Assembly: GCA_037189525.1 (NCBI GenBank)
Contig: JBBCJC010000001.1
Coordinates: 640,001-704,000 of the forward strand
Source of the DNA: Gemmatimonadales bacterium
Lineage (GTDB): Bacteria > Gemmatimonadota > Gemmatimonadetes > Gemmatimonadales > GWC2-71-9
Reading direction: 5' to 3'
DNA length: 64,000 bases
In this document: piece after piece, positions 45,081-54,631 of the stretch
How the letters are laid out: each line of letters begins with the position of its first letter
Numbering within the stretch: the stretch's first letter is position 1
The notes under the pieces: model-generated
Told to the model about the DNA's origin: nothing
Seen by the model: the letters and a program-made list of their open reading frames with translations, nothing else
Database searches by the model: none
Translations under genes and position numbers: made by a program

Positions 45081-47502
45081 CGCGGCGACCGTCATCCTCA
45101 CCCTCGGGCTCGGCATCGGCGCCAACGCCGCGATGTTCGGGGTGATCGACCGGCTGATGTTCCGGCCCTATCCCTACCTGCGCGATCCCGCCACGGTGGA
45201 TCGGGTCTATCTACGGCTCACCGGCCGCGACCAGGCCACCGCCACCTCGGTGAGCTTCCCGTATACCCGCTACCTCGATCTGCAGCGCTGGACTTCGTCT
45301 TTCTCCGAATCCGCGGCGTTCGTAGCGGCGCGCCACGCGATCGGGAGCGGTGAAGACGCGCGCGAGCATCCGGTTTACGGGGTGAGCGCCTCCTTCTTCG
45401 ATTTCTTCGATGCGCGACCTGCGGCAGGCCGGTTCTTCGGGCCGGCCGAGGATGCACTGCCGACGGGCACCGACGTCGCAGTGCTGGGCCACCGATTCTG
45501 GCAAGCGGAGCTCGGTGGCCGGAACGTACTGGGCGAAACGATCCAGATCGGTTCGGCGCGCTACACGGTCGTCGGTGTGGCGCCGCCGGGCTTCGTGGGC
45601 GTGGCGCAGACGCGCGATCCGGCCGTCTTCATCCCAATCACGGCCTACGCCGCCCACGAAGGTTGGGGCGAACCGACCGACCATCATCATAAGTACACCT
45701 GGGACTGGACCGAGATGATGGTCCGCCGTAAGCCGGGCATCGATCGCGACCAGGCGACGACGGATCTGACGGCGGCGTTCGTCCGGAGCCGAATTGCGGC
45801 ACGCGCGGTCCACCCAACCTTCGCGCAGGTCGAACGCGCCAATCCCCGCGCGATCGCCGGACCGCTACAGACGGCGGCCGGGCCGGATGCCGGCCTCGAG
45901 ATGCGCACCCTGCTCTGGGTCGCGGGTGTCGCCGCAATCGTGCTGGTGATCGCCTGCGCCAACGTGGCCAACCTCTACCTGGCGCGCGCGGTGGGCCGGC
46001 GCCGGGAGCTCGCGCTGCGCCTCGCATTGGGCGTGAGCCGCGGACGCCTCGTCCGCCAGGCACTCACCGAGAGCCTGCTCCTCTCACTGCTCGGCTGCGC
46101 CGCCGGCCTGCTTGCCGCGCAATGGGCCGGCATCGGACTCCGGCGGCTGTTCCTGCCGTTCGCGAGCTCGTTCGAGGTGGTGACCGACTGGCGCACGCTT
46201 GGTCTCGCCAGCGCGGCCGCGCTGCTGGCAGCCGTAGCCACAGGGGTCGCTCCCGTGCTGTTCGCCAGGCGAGAGGCGCCCGCCGGCCGGCTCATGTCGG
46301 GTAGCCGCGCCGGCCCGGCAGATCGGTCGCGCGCCCGATCGATGCTCCTGGTGGCGCAAGCGGCGCTTTCCGTCCTCCTGCTGGTGGGCGCTGGCCTCTT
46401 CGTGCGCAGCCTGGTACGGGTCCAGGCGCTCCCGGCCGGCTTCGACCCCGAACCGGTGCTGCTGATGGTCTGGGAACGGCGCGGTTCCGCGGCGAGCGCG
46501 GACGAACGCATCGCAATCCGCGATCATATCCTCGACGTAGCTCACCGCCTTCCCGCCGTCGAGGCGGCGGCCTGGGTATCGACCGTGCCGATGCAGGGTA
46601 CCTCGACCTTCGGACTCGCGGTGCCGGGCATCGACTCGGTCACGCGCCTCGGCCGGTTCAACTATCAGATCGCCTCGCCCCGGTATTTCGACGTCGTAAA
46701 GACCCGCATCCTCCGCGGCCGGGCCTTTACCGACGCCGACCGGGCCGGCAGCCCGCCGGTCGTAGTGGTGAGTGCCGCGATGGCGCAGACCTTGTGGCCC
46801 GGCCGCGATCCGCTCGGCCAGTGCATCCGGGTGGGCTGGATGAACCGGCCGCCCGAGACGATGCCCTGCACCGCCGTGATCGGGGTCGCCGAGGATGCGC
46901 TCCAGGACCCGTTGGCGGAGCGCACCCTGCGCTACTACCTGCCGCAGGCCCAGCTCGACGAAGGCGGCTGGCAGCTCGCGCTCCGCATCCGGGGCGACGC
47001 CCGCGCCGAGGCGGAGGGTATCCGGCGGGCGCTCCAGCGTGAGCTGCCCGACCTGTCCTACCTCTACGTGCAGGCAATGGGCGACATGTACACGCAGCGC
47101 CACCGCTCCTGGCGAATGGGTGCCACGATGTTCCTCGCCTTCGGCGCGCTGGCGCTGGTGGTGGCCGCGGTCGGCCTCTACGGCGTAATGGGATACGACG
47201 TGGCGCAGCGGATGCATGAGCTGGGCGTCCGGACTGCGCTCGGCGCGCAGCGCGCGAACCTGGTTGCCCTGGTGCTCCGGCGCGCACTCAAGTTCACTCT
47301 CGCCGGTGTGGCAGTGGGCCTCGTTCTGGCGCTGCTCTTCTCCGGGTGGGTGGAGCCGCTCCTGTTCCGGCAATCGGCGCGCGATCCTCTCGTGTACGGC
47401 GGTGTCGGCGCGGTGCTGATCCTGGTGGCCCTCGTCGCCACTGCCGTGCCGACTCTGCGCGCGACGCGGGCGGACCCCAACATCGCACTGCGGAGCGAGT
47501 GA
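44833..47502 (+). CDS. ADOP-type duplicated ABC permease, copy 2
   Basis: Same architecture as copy 1; TGA-G-ATG junction. Confidence 0.9.
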   Translation: MREWLARLRDRFRREQLDAELTDELRFHQDQLERDGGPAASRRLGNLTRLKESTRDMWSIRWLDDLLQDIRYALRGLRRSPGFAATVILTLGLGIGANAAMFGVIDRLMFRPYPYLRDPATVDRVYLRLTGRDQATATSVSFPYTRYLDLQRWTSSFSESAAFVAARHAIGSGEDAREHPVYGVSASFFDFFDARPAAGRFFGPAEDALPTGTDVAVLGHRFWQAELGGRNVLGETIQIGSARYTVVGVAPPGFVGVAQTRDPAVFIPITAYAAHEGWGEPTDHHHKYTWDWTEMMVRRKPGIDRDQATTDLTAAFVRSRIAARAVHPTFAQVERANPRAIAGPLQTAAGPDAGLEMRTLLWVAGVAAIVLVIACANVANLYLARAVGRRRELALRLALGVSRGRLVRQALTESLLLSLLGCAAGLLAAQWAGIGLRRLFLPFASSFEVVTDWRTLGLASAAALLAAVATGVAPVLFARREAPAGRLMSGSRAGPADRSRARSMLLVAQAALSVLLLVGAGLFVRSLVRVQALPAGFDPEPVLLMVWERRGSAASADERIAIRDHILDVAHRLPAVEAAAWVSTVPMQGTSTFGLAVPGIDSVTRLGRFNYQIASPRYFDVVKTRILRGRAFTDADRAGSPPVVVVSAAMAQTLWPGRDPLGQCIRVGWMNRPPETMPCTAVIGVAEDALQDPLAERTLRYYLPQAQLDEGGWQLALRIRGDARAEAEGIRRALQRELPDLSYLYVQAMGDMYTQRHRSWRMGATMFLAFGALALVVAAVGLYGVMGYDVAQRMHELGVRTALGAQRANLVALVLRRALKFTLAGVAVGLVLALLFSGWVEPLLFRQSARDPLVYGGVGAVLILVALVATAVPTLRATRADPNIALRSE

Positions 47503-47503
47503 G

Positions 47504-50140
47504 ATGCGCGAATGGCTCGCCCGGCTCCGCGACCGATTCCGTCGTGACCAGCTCGATGCCGAGCTGGCGGATGAACTCCGGTTTCACCGTGAACAGCTGG
47601 AGCGGGACGGCGGTGCGACTGCCGTCCGCCGTCTCGGCAACCTGACCCGCGTCAAGGAGAATACCCGCGATATGTGGTCGATTCGCTGGCTCGATCAGCT
47701 TGGACGGGATGTCCGATACGCGCTGCGCGGTTTCCGCCGTGCTCCAGGGTTCACCGCTGCCGCGGTACTCACTCTCGCGCTCGGTGTCGGAGCTACCACG
47801 GCGATCTTCAGTATCGTGAACGGCGTTCTGATCCGCCCGCTTCCCTACCCGAACGCGAGCCGAGCCCTCCTCATCTGGAGCGGCGACCGGCGAACGCCGG
47901 AGACGAAGTTCCCCATCAGCCTCGCCAATCTGGTCGACATCCGGGAAGAAAGCCGCTCGCTCGAGCGAATCGCCGGGTTCCGCAGTTGGAACCATACGCT
48001 GGCCGAGCATGGCGACCCCGAGCAGATCTCGAGTGCCCTGGTCCTGCCCGGCCTCTTCGAGATCCTGGGCGTGCGGACAGCCCTTGGCCGGACCTTCATA
48101 GCAGAAGAGGAGCGGACGGGTGGTAGTGCCATCATCAGCGATCGGCTCTGGCGCAACCGCTTCGGCGCCGACCCCGCCATCATCGGGCGTTCCATCCAGC
48201 TGAGTGGCGTCCCGACGACGATCGTGGGTGTGATGCCGCCCGGCTTCCACTTTCCGCGCGGTGCCGAGCTGCCGTCGGGCCTGCGGTTCGGCCGGCGGAC
48301 CGACGTGTGGACGCCGCTCGTCGTCGATTCGATGGAGCTGTCGCTCCGCGGTCTCCAGAACCTCGCCGCGATCGCGGCGCCTACGCGCGGTCAGAACGCG
48401 GGTACGGTCACCGCCGACCTCGATCTCGTGGCGCGAGCGCTCATCGAGCGATATCCGGGCCTCGACCCCAACGGCACGTACACGGCCGAGTCGCTGCTGG
48501 AAACCGCGGTGGCGCCGGTTCGACCTGCCCTGCTGGTGCTGTTGGGCGCGGTAGGTTTCCTGCTCCTGATCGCTTGCGTCAACGTGTCCAGCCTGCTTCT
48601 GACGCGGGCCGAGGCGCGGCGGCGGGAAATCGCGGTCCGGGCCGCGATCGGCGCAGCAAGCGGCCGGCTCGCGCGGCAGTTCCTGACCGAGAACCTCGTC
48701 CTGACCGCGATCGGCGGCGGGCTTGGGGCGCTCATCGCAATGCTGACTCGCCAGGCCTTGCTGGCGCTCGCGCCGATCGACCTGCCACGCTTCGACGACA
48801 TCGTGCTCGACTGGCGCGTCTTCACCGGCATCATCGTGCTGGTGGTCGTGATCGGCGCCTCGCTCGGCACACTGGTTCTGGCCGAGACCGGTCGCGTGGA
48901 TCATGGCGCGCTCTTGCGCGAGGGCACTCGGGGTAGTGACGGACCGGGTCGCCATCGCGCCCGAAGCGGGTTGGTGGTGCTCCAGGTTGCCGTGTCGATG
49001 GTACTCCTCGCCGGCGCCGCGCTCCTGGGCCAGACGCTCCGCAACCTCCAGCATCAGAACCCGGGGTTCAACCCGGACCGGGTACTCACCGCCAAACCGA
49101 TCCTGCCGGTCACCACCACGGATATCGGGCAGATTCTCCGACTCATGCCCACCTGGGGACGGTTCTATCAGCAGGCCATCGACGAGGTCGCCGACCGGCC
49201 CGGTGTAGTCAGTGCCGCCGCAGTCTCCGCGCTGCCGTTGAGCGGCGCCCAGGAGTCGAGCAGCTTCATCATCGCAGGCCGGCCGCCGCTCGAGCCGGGA
49301 CAGCAGCAGAACGCGCTCTTCGCCGGCGTCTCGAATCGGTACTTTCAGACGATGGGCATTCCACTCGTCCGCGGACGAGTGTTCGAAGCAAGCGACCGGG
49401 ACTCCTCGGCGGCGACCGTCGTCATCAGCGAGTCCATGGCGCGCACCTACTGGCCCGGTGAGGATCCGCTGGGTTCCCGGATCCAGAGCTGGCTTGGCCG
49501 GAGCTTCGAAGTCGTAGGTGTCGTGGGCGATGTGCGACACCGGGGCATGATGGCCCCGCCGCAACCGATGATGTACGTCCCTCTGTCGACCTACAGCTCG
49601 GCAGCCATGACGATGATCGTGCGGAGCCAGGCCGGAGAGAGGGTCACCGCCGGGCTCATCCGCGAGGTGATTCGCGGTCTCGATCCGTCGGCCCCGGTCA
49701 CCGAAGTCGTGCCGATGGATGAGATCGTGGCGGAGTCGATGGCGCAGCAGCGTTTCAGCACGCTCCTGCTGGGCAGCTTCGGCATTGCCGCGGTAGCGCT
49801 GGCGGTGCTGGGCCTCTATGGGGTGATCAGCTATGGCGTGGCGCAGCGCGCCAAGGAACTGGGCATCCGGCTCGCGCTGGGTGCGGCGCCAAGCACCGTA
49901 CGCCGGCTGGTGATGCGCGAGGGCATGACGCTGGCTGCGACCGGGGTCGCGATCGGTCTGGTCGCCGCCATCCTACTGGGCCGGACGTTGACCACGTTGG
50001 TGTTCGGCGTGAGCCCGACGGATGCAGCCACGCTAGCCGGCGTAACGGCGCTCCTCGTCGTGGTGGCCGCCGTGGCGACGTTCATCCCCGCTCGGCGCGC
50101 AACTAGGATCGACGTGGTCACAGTCTTGCGGGAGGAATAG
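47504..50140 (+). CDS. ADOP-type duplicated ABC permease, copy 3
   Basis: Same architecture with a more divergent body; TGA-G-ATG junction. Confidence 0.9.
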   Translation: MREWLARLRDRFRRDQLDAELADELRFHREQLERDGGATAVRRLGNLTRVKENTRDMWSIRWLDQLGRDVRYALRGFRRAPGFTAAAVLTLALGVGATTAIFSIVNGVLIRPLPYPNASRALLIWSGDRRTPETKFPISLANLVDIREESRSLERIAGFRSWNHTLAEHGDPEQISSALVLPGLFEILGVRTALGRTFIAEEERTGGSAIISDRLWRNRFGADPAIIGRSIQLSGVPTTIVGVMPPGFHFPRGAELPSGLRFGRRTDVWTPLVVDSMELSLRGLQNLAAIAAPTRGQNAGTVTADLDLVARALIERYPGLDPNGTYTAESLLETAVAPVRPALLVLLGAVGFLLLIACVNVSSLLLTRAEARRREIAVRAAIGAASGRLARQFLTENLVLTAIGGGLGALIAMLTRQALLALAPIDLPRFDDIVLDWRVFTGIIVLVVVIGASLGTLVLAETGRVDHGALLREGTRGSDGPGRHRARSGLVVLQVAVSMVLLAGAALLGQTLRNLQHQNPGFNPDRVLTAKPILPVTTTDIGQILRLMPTWGRFYQQAIDEVADRPGVVSAAAVSALPLSGAQESSSFIIAGRPPLEPGQQQNALFAGVSNRYFQTMGIPLVRGRVFEASDRDSSAATVVISESMARTYWPGEDPLGSRIQSWLGRSFEVVGVVGDVRHRGMMAPPQPMMYVPLSTYSSAAMTMIVRSQAGERVTAGLIREVIRGLDPSAPVTEVVPMDEIVAESMAQQRFSTLLLGSFGIAAVALAVLGLYGVISYGVAQRAKELGIRLALGAAPSTVRRLVMREGMTLAATGVAIGLVAAILLGRTLTTLVFGVSPTDAATLAGVTALLVVVAAVATFIPARRATRIDVVTVLREE

Positions 50141-50272
50141 AATACCACCTGTACTGGTCAACGGATTAGCTTAGAGCGTGGCTTCGATATCCGTGCAGCG
50201 AAAGTCGTCGCCCAAAACAGCAGCGGCCAACCTGCAAGGCACACCATCGCGTAGGTAGAGAGCATCCGCCCT

Positions 50273-51325
50273 ATGGCCTGGACGAACCTGACCATTCCGC
50301 GCCGACAAGGCACCCGCACCGTGACCACACTCGATCTTCACGCCGCCGGTGAGCCGCTGCGGATCGTCACGGGCGGCCTGCCCCCGCTCGAAGGTGACAC
50401 CATACTCGCCCGGCGACGGTGGATGCGGGACCATCACGACGATATCCGGCGAGCCCTCATGTGGGAGCCACGCGGTCATTTCGACATGTACGGATGTGTC
50501 GTCACCCCGCCGGTCACGCCCGACGCGGATTGGGGTGTCCTGTTCATGCACAATGAGGGATACAGCACGATGTGCGGCCACGGTATCATCGCGCTCACCA
50601 CGGCGCTCGTCGAGACCGGCGTCGCGTCATCGGCAGGTGCGGAGGTCCACCTTTCCTTCGATACCCCGGCGGGGCTGGTGCGCGCCGTGGCGCATCGCGG
50701 CGACGACGATCGGGTGACCAGCGTCACCTTCGCGAACGTACCGTCGTTCCTCCACACTCAGGACCTTGCCATAACGATTCCGGGCGCCGGCTCACTGGAG
50801 GTGGATGTGGCGTTCGGCGGCGCCTACTACGCCCTCGTCCCTGCCGACCGGCTCGGCCTGACGATCGCTCCGGAGCATCGGAACGCGCTCGTCGAGGCCG
50901 GCGAAGCGGTCAAAGCGGCCGTCAACGACGGGCTGCGCATCGAAGACCCCGTCGACCCCGATCTCGGGTTCGTCTACGGAACGATATTTACCGGACCGCC
51001 GGAGGACCCGTCACACCACAGCCGCAACTGCTGCGTCTTCGCCAATGGCGAAGTGGATCGGTCTCCGACAGGCACCGGCGTGTCGGCCCGAGCGGCCCAA
51101 CTGTTCGCCACGGGCCAGCTTGCGCCAGGTCAGCCGATCCGCGTCGAGAGCATCCTCGGTCGAGAGAGCGTCTTCAGCGTCCAGGTCGGCGCCACCACGA
51201 CCCGTGCAGGACGGCCGGCAATCGTGCCCGAGGTGACGGGCTCGGCCTTCATCACAGGCCGGAGCGAGTTCATCCTGGACACCGACGACCGGCTCGGCGC
51301 AGGATTTCTGCTCGGGACATCCTGA
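50273..51325 (+). CDS. Proline racemase-family protein, probable trans-3-hydroxy-L-proline dehydratase
   Basis: MCGH together with DRSPTGTG (Cys/Thr catalytic pair). Confidence 0.85.
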   Translation: MAWTNLTIPRRQGTRTVTTLDLHAAGEPLRIVTGGLPPLEGDTILARRRWMRDHHDDIRRALMWEPRGHFDMYGCVVTPPVTPDADWGVLFMHNEGYSTMCGHGIIALTTALVETGVASSAGAEVHLSFDTPAGLVRAVAHRGDDDRVTSVTFANVPSFLHTQDLAITIPGAGSLEVDVAFGGAYYALVPADRLGLTIAPEHRNALVEAGEAVKAAVNDGLRIEDPVDPDLGFVYGTIFTGPPEDPSHHSRNCCVFANGEVDRSPTGTGVSARAAQLFATGQLAPGQPIRVESILGRESVFSVQVGATTTRAGRPAIVPEVTGSAFITGRSEFILDTDDRLGAGFLLGTS

Positions 51326-51361
51326 CGCCGAGAACGGCTCCTTGGTACGCGGCGAAACGGC

Positions 51362-53005
51362 TCACGGGACCGGGCGTTCCGTGGTGTCGCCGTCCCGGTA
51401 AGGATAGAGCTCCCGAAGCGGCGCATAACGATAGGGCAACTTGTCGAGATGCACCGTTCCGACGAATGGCTCGGGCGCGTCGACGATCATGATCGTCCTC
51501 GCATAACCCGTATCGTCGAAGCCGCGCCGGAAATGGGCGCGTGACTTGAGCACCCAGGTCGTGAAGCGCGCGGTGTCGATCGGCGCCCACGTCATCTGAC
51601 CCGGCTCGGTCACCTGGACCAGCTCCGGTGTGATCACGAGCCAGTTGCCCCGACCGAACTCTACGATCGCCACCGTCTTGTCTTCGCTGCCCAACTGCCG
51701 AGCCATCTGGGCGGGCTGTCCGAGATAGACGAGCGTGCCCCGGATTCGCACCGGTTTGCCGCTCTCCGGTGCGACCACGAAGCCACCCACCTCGCGATCG
51801 AACGGGTCGCCGGCCTTAGCGCCCTCCGCGACGAGCGCCCGCAGCACCCGCTCGTCGCGGAGGGTCGCATAGAGCACACCGCCCAGATCCTGCCGGACGA
51901 TCTCGGCCAGAATGTGGGTCGCGTCGCCCGAGCGGTCGGAATAGTCGGCGAGTACGATCGGCGTGCGCGACTGGCGCGTCGCCTGAATCGCCTGAGTCAC
52001 GGCCCGACCGGGCGCCACGATCGGCGTCGTGGCAATGAAATCCCGCCGCAGCCGCCACATATATCCGGCCATGTCGTCCGCGATCTCGTTGGCCAGCGCC
52101 TGATCGCCGTTCGTCATCACCTGGATCGTGGCGCCCACATCCGGCACGTCGCTCCACGGGAAACCGAAGAACACGCTGACATAGACATCTTTGCGGCGCG
52201 CCTCCCAGGTCAGCGCGCGCTGCACCAGGTTGATCCAGGGATACTGCCCCGTCCACTGCATTACCGTCGGGGTGATGATGCCCGGCTTGCGGGTGGCGGT
52301 GGTGGGCTGGTAATCGCCGCGCGCGGTCCGGATCAGGAGCCGCGCAGCGCGTTCGCCCTGGAGCCGGCCGTCGTAGTGCGGGAAGTATTTCATCACGAAC
52401 GAGAAGTTGGCCTGGCGCAGGAACTCCTCGTCTTCATTGCCGTGCGGATCGAAGGTGCCGGCGATCGGCACGTCCGGTCCCACCACTTCACGCACCCGCT
52501 TCGCCAGCTCCGCTTCGGGCTTCGGCACCCCTTCGACGGCCATGGCGCCGTGCAGAGAGAGATAGACCCCGTCGACGGGCCCGCTCGCGCGGAGATTGTC
52601 GATCATCAACTTGGCATAGTGCTCGAAGGCCTCGTTCGTGATCCAGCCTTTGGAACTACCGCCGATCGGCGGACCACCCGGCGACTCGAGCGGCACGAGT
52701 TCAACTCCGTGATGCTCCCGCGCGATCTGCACGAATCCCTGGATCGACTCCGAGCGGTAGTCGAGCAAGGCATCGCCGGTCAGATTGGGCTTGGGAAAGT
52801 CGTCGATGCCCGCCTTCTCGGGCATGAAGGTCGTGGCTTCGTGGGAGAAAAACCCGATCGCGATCCGGAGCGGCCGCTTGGTCGCATCGGCGGGATTGTC
52901 GCGCGCCGTACAACCCGCAACGAGCGTGACCAGCAGGCCGGACAGCAGGATCGACCACGGGCTCCGAAACTGGAATGGCCCATTCCTTCGGGAGTGGCAC
53001 AGCAT
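51362..53005 (-). CDS. M81-family metallopeptidase (MlrC-like), lipoprotein
   Basis: HE.T.F, LHGAM, DPHGN, YFPHYD, KSRAHFR; LVAGC lipobox. Alternative start at 53026. Confidence 0.88.
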   Translation of the reverse strand: MLCHSRRNGPFQFRSPWSILLSGLLVTLVAGCTARDNPADATKRPLRIAIGFFSHEATTFMPEKAGIDDFPKPNLTGDALLDYRSESIQGFVQIAREHHGVELVPLESPGGPPIGGSSKGWITNEAFEHYAKLMIDNLRASGPVDGVYLSLHGAMAVEGVPKPEAELAKRVREVVGPDVPIAGTFDPHGNEDEEFLRQANFSFVMKYFPHYDGRLQGERAARLLIRTARGDYQPTTATRKPGIITPTVMQWTGQYPWINLVQRALTWEARRKDVYVSVFFGFPWSDVPDVGATIQVMTNGDQALANEIADDMAGYMWRLRRDFIATTPIVAPGRAVTQAIQATRQSRTPIVLADYSDRSGDATHILAEIVRQDLGGVLYATLRDERVLRALVAEGAKAGDPFDREVGGFVVAPESGKPVRIRGTLVYLGQPAQMARQLGSEDKTVAIVEFGRGNWLVITPELVQVTEPGQMTWAPIDTARFTTWVLKSRAHFRRGFDDTGYARTIMIVDAPEPFVGTVHLDKLPYRYAPLRELYPYRDGDTTERPVP

Positions 53006-53055
53006 GATGGACCTCGTTGGCGGCACGTCGTGCGTGGAGAAGGACCCCGTGAAGT

Positions 53056-53451
53056 CTACCTCAGTCGGACGAGTCCCGGCATGCGGTCGAAGTCGGCGTC
53101 GAACGACATGACCCGAGTCACCCGGTGACGCTCCATCACCGCGACATGAAGCGCGTCGCGGGCACGGAGCGCGGGTCGACCCAGCACGATCGTCTTGGCA
53201 CGCTCGACATCGGCCAGAGTGATATCGAAAACCTGGTCGACCACGCCCGACAGCGCATCGAATGCTGGTTGGATCGCGTCTCGGCGCTCGAGCGCGGTAT
53301 AGCGGTGCAGGATCTCCTGGAAGACCTCGACGCTGGTCACCAGCTTTTCCCGATCGGTGATGGCGCGCTCCAGGATCCGCTGCGCGTCCACCTTGAGCGG
53401 GTGATCCGCTCCGACCAGATACATCGGAATGTTCGAGTCGACAAAGATCAT
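53056..53451 (-). CDS. vapC: VapC-family PIN-domain toxin
   Basis: IFVDSNI, E..QE, RDALH.A, SFD.DF. Confidence 0.9.
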   Translation of the reverse strand: MIFVDSNIPMYLVGADHPLKVDAQRILERAITDREKLVTSVEVFQEILHRYTALERRDAIQPAFDALSGVVDQVFDITLADVERAKTIVLGRPALRARDALHVAVMERHRVTRVMSFDADFDRMPGLVRLR

Positions 53452-53452
53452 C

Positions 53453-53704
53453 TCAACGCTCGTCGAGATAGCCGCGCTCGATATCCCGGAGCATGAGGTC
53501 GATATCGGCCGTGGGATAGGCCGCTCGCGCCGCCTCCCGGACCACCGCAAGCTTCCGATCGGGACCGGCCGCCGGCTCCAGCCGGCTCGCCTCGCGAATC
53601 AGACGGCGGACCCACTCGGAAACCGTGAGCCGGTGTCGGCGCGCGGTTCGCTGGAGATCCCGATATTCAGCATCGTCGACGATGACCTGCAGTCGTTTAC
53701 TCAT
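53453..53704 (-). CDS. vapB: Antitoxin (ribbon-helix-helix-like)
   Basis: [13 protein letters not shown]...AR....TVSEWVR; directly upstream of the PIN gene. Confidence 0.85.
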   Translation of the reverse strand: MSKRLQVIVDDAEYRDLQRTARRHRLTVSEWVRRLIREASRLEPAAGPDRKLAVVREAARAAYPTADIDLMLRDIERGYLDER

Positions 53705-53739
53705 GAGATGAGTATAATTCACTGCCACCATACGTGCAA
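53699..53739 (-). promoter_or_regulatory. Leaderless sigma70 promoter and operator of vapBC
   Basis: TTGCAC-17-TATACT-6nt-ATG; palindrome ACTCAT-N3-ATGAGT at 53699-53713. Confidence 0.75.
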
Positions 53740-53845
53740 TCCTGTTTGAGCCGGCTCCAGATATACATCGGCCGCGCCAGGAGCAGGGTACCGTTTCTAC
53801 GCATTCATTATCTAAATACGACGCGCGCCGAGACTCGGTGTGCCT

Positions 53846-54595
53846 TCACCACGCCCCCATCTCGCCGCGGGCATCGATCACGGCGCCGAGCCGGATGGCG
53901 CTGTTCGTCCAGTTGCGCATCATCGCGGCTCGCGCGGCGTCGGGATCACCCCGCCGAATGGCTCGCTCGACCGCCTGGTGCTCAGCAACCGACAACGCCA
54001 CTTCCCTTCCGAGATGGGCGACGTAGAGGCGGTCGTAGCGGTCGGCCTGCGGCTTGAGGGATCGGAGCAGACCGGTGAGCCGAGGACCGGCACCGGCCGT
54101 CACGATGAGCCAATGCCACTCGGCGTCGAGCTCATGGTTTCTGATCGGGTCGTCCGACGGACCCCTCACCATCGCTCCCAGCTCACGATTGATGGCGGCC
54201 AGGCGACCGGCGATCACGAGCCGCTCCGCGCGGGGTGCCTGGGCCGCCCGGAACGCCGCCCATCCCTGGAGGTCGCCGATCAGGAAGTAGAGCTCCTCCA
54301 TGTCCGCGCGGCGGAGCGGAGCGACCGCGATGCGCGTGCCTCGGCCGGAACCGATCGAGTCGAAGTATCCCTGCTGACCGAGCCGATGCAGAGCAGCCCG
54401 CACCGGGGTGGGACTCATCCCCAACCTGCGGGCCAGGTCCCGTTCGCCGATCCGGCTCCCCGGCGGGAGGCCGCCCGTGGTGATCAGATCGCGGATCGTC
54501 TGGTACGCCCGGTCGACCAGCCGGCTCGACGCCGGGTCTCCCGGAGACCGACGCTTGCGGACTGCGGTTTGACGCGCTAGCGTTTGAGATCTCAT
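53846..54595 (-). CDS. GntR (FadR/FCD) family transcriptional regulator
   Basis: HTH ERDLARRLGMSPTPVRAAL; FCD motifs DAEWH and EHQAV..AI..GD. Confidence 0.88.
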   Translation of the reverse strand: MRSQTLARQTAVRKRRSPGDPASSRLVDRAYQTIRDLITTGGLPPGSRIGERDLARRLGMSPTPVRAALHRLGQQGYFDSIGSGRGTRIAVAPLRRADMEELYFLIGDLQGWAAFRAAQAPRAERLVIAGRLAAINRELGAMVRGPSDDPIRNHELDAEWHWLIVTAGAGPRLTGLLRSLKPQADRYDRLYVAHLGREVALSVAEHQAVERAIRRGDPDAARAAMMRNWTNSAIRLGAVIDARGEMGAW

Positions 54596-54631
54596 TATGT
54601 ATACAATATCGCGCCTCTTCCGAGCCGGCAA
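54596..54631 (-). promoter_or_regulatory. gntR promoter with TGTATACA operator
   Basis: TTGCCG-17-TATTGT-7nt-ATG on the minus strand; palindrome TGTATACA at 54598-54605. Confidence 0.65.

Noticed and set aside
53740..53845. Slightly AT-richer spacer beside vapBC as a mobile-element scar
   Set aside because: No terminal inverted repeats or target-site duplication could be identified.
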